NCBI GenBank assembly: GCA_026914245.1
Contig: CP110439.1
Coordinates: 1,984,001 to 2,048,000, forward strand
From: Puccinia triticina
Lineage: Eukaryota
Reading direction: 5' to 3'
DNA: 64,000 bases
Both the position numbers and the translations under genes were made by a program. The notes under the pieces were generated by a model. It was not told the origin of the DNA and ran no database searches. It worked only from the letters and a program-made list of their open reading frames with translations. This document shows positions 48,445 to 61,972 of this stretch, one piece after another. The number at the start of each line of letters is the position of its first letter. Position 1 is the first letter of the stretch.

Positions 48445-51400
48445 ATGGATAGCGGAGACGGCAAGAATCACACGAACCCGAACACGCAACCAAGTCAACC
48501 TGCACCATCCTCAAAACGCGCCAGTCTCCGTCTGGCCAATCTCAACCCACCAAGTGCCCCCACATCCAACTCCCTCGACTCGTCTTTGAAAAAGAATACC
48601 GCGTTCATCAAACGACTCAAGACCGGCTTACATACTAACGAAAACGTACAAATCCTGATCAAAGAAACTGGAACATTAAGCTTGGATAAGTATCTCTCTG
48701 AGATCTCGATCGCTCTAAACGAGGGCCTGGCGAAATGTAAAAGTGCCGCGGAAATTTGGGGCGCCATCGAGGTGAGTACTTCACCAAATTATTGGCAGCC
48801 CTTCCCTCTTGAAGCTGTACTGATAATTTTTTTTGGCTTGGTTTTTACCATCACACAGGTTATCTCCACTTTGCACCAACGTTTCTCGTCCAGTTTCACA
48901 GAGCTATTCATCCAACAATTTCTTGGCGGTCTTGCACTACCCAGTAAACAATACTTGGCAGGATTGGCTACCGACCAGAGAGAACGCGAGGAAAATAGCA
49001 GAATCATCCGTCAACGAAGTTTGTTGCGTTGTCTAGCTGAATTCGACCTCGTGGGATTAGTGCGCGGTGTGTCTAAACAAGGGAGCTCAAATGTCGACGA
49101 TGGGGAAACTACTTTTGGAGTGCTCAAAGACCTGGTATGTGTAGCTCTGTAATCCGGTCTATCGTTATCCGTTTCATTTGAATCAGGTTTTTTGATCCCA
49201 AAGATCTTGTTTCTCATCTTGCCCAGCTAACCGCTAACAAGGAGGCTCTGCTCATCCCACTACCGCTGGCCGTCTCATTCTCAAAACAATTTGGATCGTT
49301 GTATCTCCCTACTGCTATATCATCTGGCACATCGGCCGGACCCACGCCATCTGAAGCTAACATTCTCAACGACTCAAATGTCACCGATGACATGATAATT
49401 AAACCGGCCACCAAAGAAAAATTCAAAAAACTTTTGGGTCAATATTTTGATGCGCTCAGTCGCAAAGCAGTCTCGGATCATGTGGTACGCTTCCTCAATC
49501 TATCCATACGAACATTTCAATGAGGTAATCCGATATTTTACCACTGATCAGTGTTCTGTCTCGAATGATCGCTCACCTAGAAACTCCAAGAGCTGGAAAA
49601 AAAGAACTGTGAAGCAGCAATCCGATCTGGGCAAATTTTTGATGATCGAGTTCAAACCTTCGAAAAGTTGACAAAAGAACAGGAAAAGCTATGGAATGGA
49701 ATTTTAAGGTTTTTTTTTTTTTTGATTAAGCTGCATAGAGATCAATAAGAAACTCACTGGTCGGCTTTCATAATTAGTTTGGCCGAAACATTATCGCTAT
49801 CCCCACCCACGCTGCCTGGACCTGATGCCACATCTACCACAAACGCTATCACAGGAACAGGGTTGTCTTCTAACTTTGGGGCCGGTGCCTCTGAGTTAGG
49901 TATTTGGTCAGACGAGGAAGAAAAGAAATTTTATGAAGACCTGCTCGATTTGAAGGACGAAGTGCCGACAATGTTGTTAGGTATAAGCGCCGATGCTAAG
50001 AAGGAAACCGAAATCAAAGCAGACCAAGACGGTGGGGATAATGAACAGAGTAACGCACAAACTAAACTCGAAGAGGAAATGGAAAAACTCGAGATGAAAG
50101 ACTTGACCACGGCGTCTGATTTGCCTGAACAACAAGGGGAGCTCAAGGAAGCAGAGCCTGACGAGTTAAATCCAATTTCTACCACATCAAGATTTCCAGT
50201 GCTCTTGATCCATTAGCCAATTAAATGCGGCATCACGTTCTCTGACCATATCAATTTGCGCTGATACAGAACGAAACAGGGCTCATCCTCATTGGCACCT
50301 ACGACTGAGCCATCTTCCGCTCCCGACACTTTGGCATCTGGTCCTGCAGCCAGGCTAACCGCTTTGTTCACGCGATTAGACCAAGTATACAACTCGGACG
50401 CACTCGATAAGATTGCCGTTGAGTTTGCATATCTCAATTCGAAGGCTGCCCGCAATAGGTTAATTAAAGTTGCGTTGAGATTGCTTTACCTGATAATTTG
50501 TGTGTCCATAGAAATTGTCTCAGACTCGCTCTCATTACTTCTCTCTAGCACCTAAGTGGGGTGAACAAAAATCGAACCGATCTGATTCCACATTATGCAC
50601 GAATGCTTGCGATTTTATCCAACTATATGCCTGATGTATTGACTGGAATATTGGCAAATGTACGTGATAGCATCATCCCATTCTTCTATCTAACGGATGT
50701 TCATTAGCGGCTGTACGTTTTCATCTCACAGGTTCATGATGAGTTTAGATATCTCCAAAGGAAGCGAAAGTTTGTCGCTCAAGAGTTGCATGCCATCAGA
50801 ACCAAGGTAAAATCATCACGGCATATTCCTAAGTTATACATCTTTAGATCCTGATCAAGAAAAGAATTTTCGTCTGCAGAATATACGCTGGATTTCAGAG
50901 CTTACAAAGTTTAATCTTGTACCCTCGCACCTTATCCTGCACATCATCAAAGTTTGCATTGACGATCTACACGGCACCAATGTAGAAAACCTTTGCGACG
51001 TTTTGGAGGGATGTGGTAGATGGGTGTTGAACAATACAGAGAGCAGAGAGAAAATGACTCAACTGGTTGGTGAAGTTCTCGCTTGCCTTCTACAGGTCAA
51101 CAAGATGTCTCGGTCGATGAATTTGTGTTGACTTAATCTGTTGCAAATTCAACAACTTTAGTTAGATCAAATGAAAAGGAAAAAGGCCTCACAAAATCTC
51201 GATTCCCGACAGATAATGTTGTTGGAAAATGCGTATTTCCAGGTTTGTCTAATTTCTTGGAAGCTGCGGGAAATCGTGTTGCTGATTGTCTATTTTTCCC
51301 TTCAGTGTAATCCCCCCGATCGACCTGTTATTGAACCGAAACATCGTACACCGATGGAGCTTTTCATTCGACACCAACTTTATGATTGCCTTTGTAAAAA

Positions 51401-53518
51401 ATCGGTCGATCGAACCATCAAAATCTTGCGAAAGCTACACTGGAATGATCCTGAGGTTCGTTTGAGATTTGCGGGGTTGAGTCTTACCTTTTTCTATTAA
51501 TGATATCTGATCAAGTTTTCTCTATCTCTTACTGATCTGATAACCCTGCACTGCTTCAAAATTTCATCAGGTCGTCAAGCTGTTGAGAAACATCCTGACA
51601 AAAGTTTGGAAGGTCAAATTTGGAAACATTTACTTGCTTGCCATTATTGTGTACGATCTATCTCGGTTTCACGCCGATTTTACTGTCTCAATCGTAGATC
51701 AAGTTCTCGAGAACATCCGCTACAGTATGGAGGTAAGCCATGCCCTCCAAACTTTGCTTTTCCGACCGTTTCGATCGTAGATTCCCTCCTGCCTCTTCGG
51801 CTGATCGCCGCCCAAAACTTTTCAAATCTCATTCCTACAGGTCAATATTTTCAAACACAATCAGCAACGAATCGCGACCATTAAATATTTAGGTGAACTA
51901 TACAACTACCGGGTCATTGATTCGAGGGTGATCTTCGACACTCTGTGGTCTTTTGTGACCTTCGGTCACCGTACGTATCTCGACTTCCCAGGTTACTTTT
52001 TCGGAAATGTAGCCATAGATAGAAGCTGATCCCCCACTTGCAGTCGACGGGAGACCTTGGCCGGATGTGGTTTCTCCCATCGATGCCCCTGACGATTTCT
52101 TTCGAGTCCGAATGGTTTGCACTCTGTTGAACACTTGTGGTCATTGTTTTGATCGCGGCAGCTTAAAGCGTCGTCTCAACAACTTCTTGAAATTCTTTAT
52201 TGTTGAGTTCTCGACATTCTAGAAAATCCGTAAAACAAAAGTAATTTATCGTTCGCGAATACTAGCTCAAACTGCCCCTTTATTGTTTTTTAAGATGTAT
52301 TTACGTTGTAAAGAACCCACTCCGATGGACATCGATTTCTTGCTACAGGATACTTTCGAAGTAAGTCGCTGCATTTCTATTCAGCTAGCATCATCCTATC
52401 AAAATTGAACAATTTCTTATGCTGCATATCCAGGAGCTAAGACCGAAGCTAAATATCTACTTGACGTATGACGAAGCATCCAAGGCGGTCCAGGAGATGT
52501 TTTCTTCCATATCTGATCGAGGTGCTTACAGGCATTCATCCTAAGTTACCTTTATCAGAGATAAGCACTGGTTGCTAATATTGGCCCACCACATCCGTTT
52601 TTAGGAGAAAAAGTTGACGATGATGAGATGCAAGAGGATGAGGAACGCGGAGCAGCGGATGATAAGAAATCTGAACCGGAAGATAATGAGGGTGTAGTGA
52701 GTCAGATAAAGTATTCCCTGCGGTATCGTCAATAAAAGCAAAGACTGATCAAAGCACTGATACCCGATTTTTATTCTAGTCTGATTCTGATAATGATACC
52801 GTTATGGGCGACGCAGCAGGTCAAACTAATGCGAACTTCGAGGAGGAGGATCTACCTCGATTCCCTAGTTCTGTAGCAACAGCAGAAGAAGAGGAAGAGT
52901 TTGAAAAAGAGCTGGCGCAGATGATCGCCGAAACTAGCAATGCCAGCACTCAGGCAGAATCCAATGGCCCCGGAGCTCGAAAAGTAGATCGAAATCCAAT
53001 GGCTGGAAGTTTGTTCTCTGACAAAGGCCTACCGATTCTCAAGACTTCAATCCAGCCTTCTTCCAAGCAAGACCCACTCGCCAATCAATGCGAGGCGATG
53101 ACATTTACGATGTTGACCAAGAAGGGCAACAAACAACAGGTATCAATTCAACTCAACCACCTCTGTTCAATCTGCCGGCAATTCTGACCTCTTCAATCGT
53201 TTGAATCATTCATCTGCTCTTTAGTTAAAGACAATGCAAATTCCATCCAACTCATCGATCGCTGTCCAAACTCGCGCTCAACAAATGCACAGTCAAGTCG
53301 AGCACCAGCAGCTGAAGAAGTTGGTCTTGGATTACGAGATGAGAGAAGAGGCCAACGAGCGGAAGAGTGCGTCTTTGTTCTTTAATTTTCTGTATTGGGC
53401 TGATTCAACTGAACTCACGGGTGTGGTCTCTGGTGTTAAAAATTTTATACGAATAAAAAAAGACTTGGCTGCGGAAATGGCCAGGAAAGGGGTCAACGTA
53501 AAGTTCCTCAACGAGTAA
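48445..53518 (+). CDS. UPF2: Nonsense-mediated decay factor Upf2/Nmd2 (three MIF4G domains plus Upf2 C-terminal domain), many introns
   Basis: LDSSLKKNTAFIKRLK, IWSDEEEKKFYEDLLDL, KIAVEFAYLNSKAARNRL, LLENAYF.CNPP, LRKLHWND, YLGELYNYR, DDFFRVRMVCTLLNTCG, FTMLTKKGNKQQ, LKKLVLDYE. Confidence 0.96.
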
Positions 53519-54083
53519 AGATCGACATCATTCGGCTATATTGACAATACGATCAATCTGCACCAGTACCATAGAGTAGGCAGAGTGAAGCGTGTTGCCA
53601 CCAAGGATGAGTTACACCAGATCTGACTGCTGGGTAGGTGTGGTTGGGCAGTCATCTTGCACCTCTATCCTCCTTTCCAGAACAGAGAACAATCTAGGCA
53701 ACCAGGCGGGCCAAGAATATCAACTTCAGATGCCCAGAGAGAATATCAGTCGGAGGGGAACACTCACCTGCCATTGTTGTTGGAGGATAACATCCCACTA
53801 CTCAAGGACAATAATACACGTTTCCATTTTTTTCTCTTTTTCCACGTCATAGTTGAAAGAACAACACAGAATTGGTTTGGATCAAACAAAAATACCTTTA
53901 TCCTTCTTTCTTTTTTCAACTCATAATAAGCAGATCACAATCCAAAACCCTAAAAAAGTGCTTGGCAGAGTCTGTGAAATCGATGTCCGGTCTTTTGGTT
54001 TAGTTCCCCATGTATAGATGATTCACTGTTCTCAAGCAACATGCAACCTTAACCAATCCATCTTATTGCCTAGAATTTAGAAA

Positions 54084-54616
54084 CAATGGTGCAACAAATG
54101 CAATACGTGTATTTTTTTGCGAAATGTTAGGCACAAAATCAAATGGGGTTTGAAACCCAAAAGGGTACGCACCAAACATGGCATTTATGTATGGATTTCT
54201 GCTGATACTCATTTAAATCCCCTAAAACCCGCGGAACCCCGCTTGTCATCAGGGATTTTGGGCTCCCTGGAGTGATTTTTCCCCATGCATAGGCACAAAA
54301 GTGTATGAATCAGCCAAAAAAAGACATTCCTGGGTGCCCCCTGATGTATGAATTTGGCCAAAATCTTGGATTTTTGGTTACCCACCTCTACAGGGGGCTT
54401 CCAGGGTCCTCACCCAATACAATACAATACATTTCAAAAAAAATGTACTGACCAAGCCAATCCACAAAATATTAAATTTGGGGTGGGCAATACATTATGA
54501 AAAAAATTGTATTGTATTGGATAAAAAATACAATACAAATACAATTGTATATGCTATACAAAACAATACAATACATGCCATATACAAATACATGTATAGT
54601 ATTTGTTGCACCATTG
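54084..54616. mobile_element. MITE with 7-bp TSD, related to 21179-21412
   Basis: TIR CAATGGTGCAACAAAT; TSD TTAGAAA/CTAGAAA. Confidence 0.85.
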
Positions 54617-55854
54617 CTAGAAATCACCTTGCACTTTTTCCCAATTCTTCCTTTCAAGGTCCATTACACCACAGGTGAGGTTTTAAAGTTTCCATCCAGT
54701 AAATTTACTGGATGGTACAAAAAACCAAAAACCAATTGGAATCATTCCAGTATGGTCAAAGGACCAAAAACCCATTGGAATGCTTCTGGTGTGGTCAAAG
54801 GACTGGAATCATTCCAATTGCAATTTGGGTTAAAACCAAACCCCCAAAAAAAAGGTTTGCATTGGAACAAAGTCAAAAAAGTTTTGACTTCATTCCAGGA
54901 AATACAGACTGGAATCTCTTTCCAGTATTTTTCCTGGATTTTCCCCAGAAAACTTCTGTATACAACTGATCAAGCCTTGCAGATGCAGGCCCATAGACAC
55001 AAACCATGCCATGCCCTGTATGGCTTGTCTAGTATAGTGGTCAAGGAGCTCTGGTGGGGGTAGACCAGCAACATGGTGCTGGTTTGAGCCTCCCTTTTGG
55101 CTGGTTGATTTGTTTGATACTCATTTTGAGCCAATCACCACCCGCCACAGCCCGGAACCATTGCAAATAGCATTCAAAAGCAATTTGGAAAGGCGTTGGC
55201 AATCCGTGATATTTTCGGATTGCCCTCCAGTAGAATTCCAGTGGAAACGCCGACTGTCTGACAACGGTCCCTCCTTGCAGGCAGACACCTTGAAATGATA
55301 TTGGTTGCCAACCAAAATCATTTTGAAGAACTTCACCCGTGGTGTAGGTGCTACTACCTGATCATGATCCTGGTATCTGCTGTTCTCCAATTTGAATCAT
55401 TTCATTCAGTGGTTGTTTGGCTGGCTGGTGATTGTCAGCTCGTACGTGAGTGGCAATGGGGTGGGTGTTGCATCATCCACTTGAACAAACTCCCTTCAAA
55501 CACATCCTCCCATGCTCCAATGATCAGAACAGTCTAAAATTTATCAACCAATGTTTCAGGAATTCTACCAAGTCTCTAAAGTCTGGTATGTATGCAACCA
55601 AAGGGGAAAAGTAGAATGGGCTTGATAACCCATCTGGTAAAACAAGTTTTCCACTTGAGTCCTCCCACGGATTTATCCATGTCTTTTTTGCAGGATGACC
55701 TTGGCAAACTTACCTTCACTTGGCTTCAGGATTGGCCTGACTAAAAAATTTGCAGGCTCAGCCAACAGGAGTCTGAAAGGTTAATACAAGCCTTTGTACT
55801 GTTTTGCTGAACAGTCAAACAACAAAATCCTGTTAGCCCTGGTGTGCCTGCCAT

Positions 55855-56418
55855 CAAACTTAACTAAGTCCCTCCTGGGCGCAAAGCGCCGGCCTCCGCA
55901 GGAGGGAATTAGGAAAGAAGGGAGTTTTTTGGTGTGACAAGTTTTTCAGATTTGGCAGAGAAAATCTAAATTCTGCAGTAACTTTTCATCTATACCAGCT
56001 ATGCTGGCATGGAAAAGATTATGAGAAAGGCCTTGGTCTTGCCTTTCTCCTCATCCATTTTGGGGATCAGCCTTCACCACCTTCCCCAAAAGACTGGCAT
56101 TCAAAGACCAACATTTTGCCAGTTTCATGGCCGCGCAGGGCTGCAAAAAGCATGCCTCTGGATGGGAAAAGGCTGAAACCCCCATTTCCTTGTTTTTTTC
56201 TTCAACATTTAGTTGCTCAAAAAATACAAAAAAAAAGAGATTGGAACTGGGCTTCTTAGCTACACAATACATATTTTATGAAGATTTTTGGATGATTTTT
56301 GGCACAGATACAGCCAAAAAAGAAGGTGTGTTTGTGCGTACCTGTCACGCCAAAAAACTCCGTTCTTTTCTGAGTCCCTCCTTTGGAGGCGGGCGCTTCA
56401 CGCCCAGGAGGGACTCAC
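55855..56418. mobile_element. Third member of the hairpin-ended TIR family; right tip degenerate
   Basis: Left CAAACTTAACTAAGTCCCTCC..GGAGGGAATT; ~90-bp inverted match at 56340-56418; TSD not confirmed. Confidence 0.7.
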
Positions 56419-56904
56419 ATAGGGGGTAGAATAATTTTACAATCTATGTTTTACACCCTTGGGGCAATATAAAAAACATGGATGTAAAAGTACACCAGCC
56501 TGTGTGCAAAATTAAATTTACATTGGATGTGTGCAAAGGTACCCAATGTAAACACTGGCATGTAATTCATACCTTGCAAAAACATGTCCAGTGGTACCAC
56601 AGATACACTTTCACACCTTGATAGTTTACATTTCCCTTTACAAAGCATGCAAATCTTCTAATCCCTGTGGGGTAAATTAAATTTACATGCTATTTCTTAC
56701 ATTTGCCATAGCTTGCCATATGTAGGATCTAGATTCTCAGAGCCCGGGGCCCGTTCAACCTATGGCTACATCCACAACCACACATCCCCTTCTTCTTGCC
56801 CCGCCTCAACCGTGGAATAGACCTTCCTTTACTTGACGGTTCCCACCAATCCTTGGCTCCTCGAATTAATGGTATGTACAGCCATCAAGATCCATCCCCC
56901 CCTC

Positions 56905-58582
56905 CCACCAGGGCAAATATTTTCCCACTCCCCAGGGAGTGCCCTACCATAACTTTCCATAACTGTGCTGGAGGCCTTTGGTAAATAAAAATTGGATAGG
57001 TATGAAAAAGACTGGAAGTCAGCTGTGGAAATCAGTTGGAAATCATCCTGAAATAAACCATAAATTGCCAAGAAATCATCCAGAAATATTCTACAATTCA
57101 TCCAGAACTCATCCAGAATATAGGCCTTTCTTGGCTCCATGACCAGTGTGTCCTTTTTGTGGAGATGTGAGAGGCCCAGCCTCTGATATTGTCCCCCACA
57201 TGTACTCACGTACATCAGGGGGACAATTGGTGTCTCAACGCGAAGCTTTTACTTTTCATGTGGCCATGAAAGGCCCATCCAGTGATATTTCCACATCAAT
57301 TTACGCGCGTACATCAGGGTGAATATTGGCATAGTGCAAAAAAGTTCACTTGCATGTGCACATGTGAATTTTGAAAAGCAAAAAAAAATCAAAATTCACC
57401 AGATCATTTTTGTGAGGAGGCAAGGATATCTGGTCAAACTGGAGTGGCACTGCAGTCCAACCTTGACTTACCTCAGAGTTTCACCCTATTGAAAAAGTTA
57501 CTCACCATTTGTTTTAGCCAAATTCAAATTAATTCCCGCATTTCCAAGAAAATGGGTTTCACTACTTTTACTGCAACATTATAACCACATTCCAAAATTC
57601 TAAACCCAATAATACCAAGTTGAATTTTACTTTAATTTTGTACATCAGGGCATATGATGTGAATTACAAGAAACCCATTTTTTCAGAGGAATTACATTTT
57701 AGAATGTCAATTTTGCTTTTCTATCCTTCAACATCAGAAAACAGGAGAAATTGATGATTTGTATTTGGGTGAAATATCATTTCATCATATTTTTTCCTCC
57801 AGTTGTACCTAGGAAACAAGAGAATTCCACACAACATTGTGTTGAGTCCCAAATCAATTCTGACTGACTTCTGAATCAGTTCTCCATCCACTTTACAATT
57901 CATTTAGTGATGAGTTACTAATCCACATCAGGCCCACATCCAACCAAAACTCACATAAAATTCATCTCTGGAACTCCCTGGGCAGTGGGAACATATCTCC
58001 CCTGGTGAACCAACGTAAAATTGAACAATTGTAAAATTACAATTTTTGACTCTGAAGTGCAATTTTGCACTGTACTTGATGCAAGGTGAATTTTGCTTTT
58101 TTTTGCTTTTCAAAATTCACATGTGCACATGCAAGTGAACCTTTTTGCCCTATGCCAATAGTCACCCTGATGTACGCGCCTAAATTGATGTGGAAATATC
58201 ACTGGATGGGCCTTTCATGGCCACATGAAAAGTTAAAGCTTCGCGTTGAGACACCAATTGTCCCCCTGATGTACGCGAGTACATGTGGGGGACAATATCA
58301 GAGGCTGGGCCTCTCACATCTCCACAAAAAGGACACACTGGTCACAGAGCCAAGAAAGGCCTATATTCTGGATGAGTTCTGGATGAATTCTAGATGAGTT
58401 CTGGATGATTTCTTGGCAATTTATGGTTTATTTCAGGATTATTTCCAGCTGACTTCCACAGCTGACTTCCAGTCTTTTTCATACCTATCCAATTTTTATT
58501 TACCAAAGGCCTCCAGCACAGTTATGGAAAAAAGTTATGGTAAGGCACTCCCTGGGGAGTGGGAACATATCTCCCCTGGTGG
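56905..58582. repeat. Foldback element: ~495-bp inverted arms (56905-57400 / 58085-58582)
   Basis: Arms are near-identical reverse complements (the same peptides appear on opposite strands in the ORF track); no TSD identified. Confidence 0.88.
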
Positions 58583-58637
58583 TTGTGCAGTGTGAAGGCA
58601 CAGCATGTAAAGCTAATTTATGTTTCTTGAAAATCTA

Positions 58638-60775
58638 GGCCCCGTTTGGACGCCCCAAATTCAGTTATAAATTGTGCAACTTATCACCGGGGGTGCTTGG
58701 GGTATAACACCAAATTTATATGTGTTTGGGACAGCCAGTGATAACTTAAAATTCATTACGCTGTATCACAGAACATTTATATCCCCTGCCATTCCAGAAA
58801 TATAGGTCCTGACCTGTATTTCTGGGTGATATGTGCCCATGGCCCGTACTACACAAACTCTCAATGACCGGTCAACCGAGCATGGAAGAGAACACAACAA
58901 CCTCTGGATGGCCGCTTGGAGAGGCCATCCAGAGGACTTCAACTCTTGATGATCGGACAACCGGTCATTGAAGAGGACTTTGCACCTCTTGATGACCGGA
59001 CCAGTCATCAAGAGGGACTATACACCCTCTCAATGACTGGTAAACCGGTCATCGAAGAGGACTTTGCACCTCTCAATGACCGGACCAGTCATCAAGAGGG
59101 ACTCTACACCCTCTCGATGACTGGTTGATCGGTCATCAAGAGGGACTCTACACCCTCTTGATGACTGGTTGACCGGTCATCAAGAGGGACTCAACACCCC
59201 CTCAATGACAGAACCAGCCATTGAGAGGGACTCTACACCCTCTCAATGACAGGACCAGCCATTGAGAGGGACTCTACAACCTCTCGATGACCGTTCAATC
59301 ATCGAGAGGGTGCAGAGTCCCTCTTGATGACCGGTCAACCAGAAATCGGAATCTAAGCCCTCTTGATGGCTGGTTAAACCGGTCATCAAAGAGGAATTCA
59401 CCTCCCAATGACAGGACCAGCCATCGAGAGGGACTCTACACCTCTCAATGTCCGGTCAGCTAGTCATCAAGAGGTGGGGTAACCTCTTGATGAATGGTTG
59501 ACCGGACATCGAAGAGGTATTCACCTCTTGATGACCGGACCAGTTATTGAGAGGTGTGGAGTTCCTCTCAATGACTGGTCAACCAGAAATCTAGAAGGAA
59601 TCTAAGTGTAACAACCTGGAGTGGTTAGCTTAACTTAATATGAGAGAAACATGCTGATTAAGCCTCAAAGTTTGTGACTTTGTTATGCAGCTCGATTGGC
59701 ATTGGGATTTCTCCGATGAACGTTGATTTCATTTAGCATGATCATCTCTATGACGTGTTGGTTTTTCCAATGATTTCATTGGCGCTTTGTTACTCCGTTG
59801 GTTTTGTTGCTCTCTTTGTTTGTTCTTTCTCCCTCTTTCTTTCTCTCTTCTCCCATCAGGATATTCTTTGTTATAGTCTTTTCTTCACATTACATTTTGT
59901 TATTTGAGAATTCAAACTCTTATAAACTCTAAAACTCAAGATATTATCTACATCATATCATCATTGTGACCAAAGACCTCAAATCTTAAAAATCCTAAGT
60001 TTACTAAACAAGCAATCGGCGAACTATCCTCTCGGATAGTTTGATAGCCACTTATAGCAAACTGTTTAGTAGGCCAGGCTTTACACTAAGGCCTCTTGAT
60101 GGCTGGTTGACCGGACATTAAGAGAGTGTAGAGTCCCTCTCAATGACCGGACCAGTCATCAAGAGGGTGTTGAGTCCCTCTCAATGACCGTTCAACCAGT
60201 CATTGAGAGGGTGTAGAGTCCCTCTCGATGCCTGGTCCTGTCATTGAGAGGGTGTTGAGTCCCTCTCAATGAACGGTCAACCAGTCATTGAGAGGGTGTA
60301 GAGTCCCTCTTGATTACCGGTTGAGCAGTCATTGAGAGGGTGTAGAGTCCCTCTTGATGACTGGTCCGGTCATTGAGAGGTGCGAAGTCCTCTTTGATGA
60401 CCGGATTTCTGATCATCAAGAGGTGAAGACATCTCAATGGCCTGTCCAAACGGCCATCCAGAGGTTGTTGTGTTCTCTTTGATGACCGGTTGACCGGTCA
60501 TCAAGAGGGTACACATTCATGTACTTCTTTGAATGACCTGTTGAACAGGCCATCCAGAGGGTTGGTTGTGGGCATTATGAAACTGGTCTGGTTGGGTTTG
60601 CCAAACAGACCTGTGATAAGTGGACTCCAGAGGTGTTCTGGAGTGGATACGCCAAACAGGCAAATGATAAATTTGTTGGCGGCATAATTAGTTTTATGAC
60701 ACCCAAAATTCATTTTGGGTGTTATGTATTTTATTATGCAATTTATAATATCACACCAGGCGTCCAAACGGGGCC
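58638..60775. mobile_element. PIF/Harbinger element carrying a ~44-bp palindromic minisatellite (58860-60505)
   Basis: TIR GGCCCCGTTTGGACGCC; TSD CTA. Confidence 0.88.
59607..60085. mobile_element. Solo LTR, 479 bp, inserted in the minisatellite
   Basis: TGTAA...TTACA ends; 5-bp TSD CTAAG. Confidence 0.92.
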
Positions 60776-60936
60776 CTATAGTTTTACATTGTTATATTTT
60801 ATAATGACATGACATTGTAAAACATAGGATGCAATTTACTTCATTGCTTGCCCACAGGTGCATTTTTAAAGTGGGCTTTGCATGGCCTTTTTAACATGGT
60901 ACAACTGTTGGCCAGATGCATGTAAAATTAATTACT

Positions 60937-61105
60937 GGAGGACTTCCCGTCGACTTCAGATAAATCTGGAATTCCAGATTTTGCAGGGGAATCTGGAATC
61001 TGGAACTCTGGACCCCTTTGGGGAGCTTCGGGGACCAAGATTTCACTGCAAAATCTGAAATCTGTCAGCTCAGATCTGGATTTCCAGATTGACAGGAAGT
61101 CCTCC
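60937..61105. mobile_element. MITE of the same family as 46129-46256
   Basis: TIR GGAGGACTTCC(C/T)GTC; TSD ACT. Confidence 0.85.
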
Positions 61106-61972
61106 ACTTGGTCCAAAATTTTTAATTTTACATGCTTGGTTTTTTACAATAGGGGGGTTCACAATAGGATAAAAATAAAACTTTGGAGCCAATTTTAAGC
61201 CCTTTATGGACAACATTTTTAAAAATGAAGAAGTGTCTCTGATTGTCAAGGGACACTCAATCCTGTACATCTTGCCAAATTTTTAAAAAGTTGTTGATAA
61301 AGGCCTTAAAATTGGCTCTAAAGTTTTATTGCCTGGTTGAAGTGGGTCCCCGGCCTACATAATTTCTGACTGGGAGGAATCACTCCTGGTCAACAAGATG
61401 TGGGTACAGTTTCTAGTGACTCTACGACCGCGAGAGATTCCGGCCGGTCCACATTCCTGTGGGATCTCATTGACCAGGGGGAATTTAGAGCATTCACATT
61501 TGTTTGCTGGATGTTTGGGTTAAGTAAGGCCAGGTCTGGCCAGGTTTATGGGCAGGTCAGCTAACCTAGGCTATCTCAAGTGGGCAAACACATCCGTTGG
61601 GTCAGTTTCAGGTCAACTGTGAAAAGTGCCCTAGCCTGAGGCAGGTTTAGGCTTCCATCACCTGTGACATGGCAGGTCAAACTTGACTATGTAAGGGGCA
61701 TCTTGATTTTTACAATCTGTCTTTTACATGATATATGCATTAGGGGGGTTCACAATAGGATAAAAATGTTTTTTTTTCTGATGTTTCAGGAATCTTGATT
61801 AGGCTGAATTCCATGCACCTCGGGCGCCAAAATCTGTTTTTGGGTTTCAGACATGGTGGGTCAAAGATGTTGGGCCAGGTCTATGCAACATGGCTGAACT
61901 CATGGTGAGCACCCGCCCGACTGTCCTCGATCTTACATCCTAATTATCCGAGGAAATAGGAACGACTCCATC

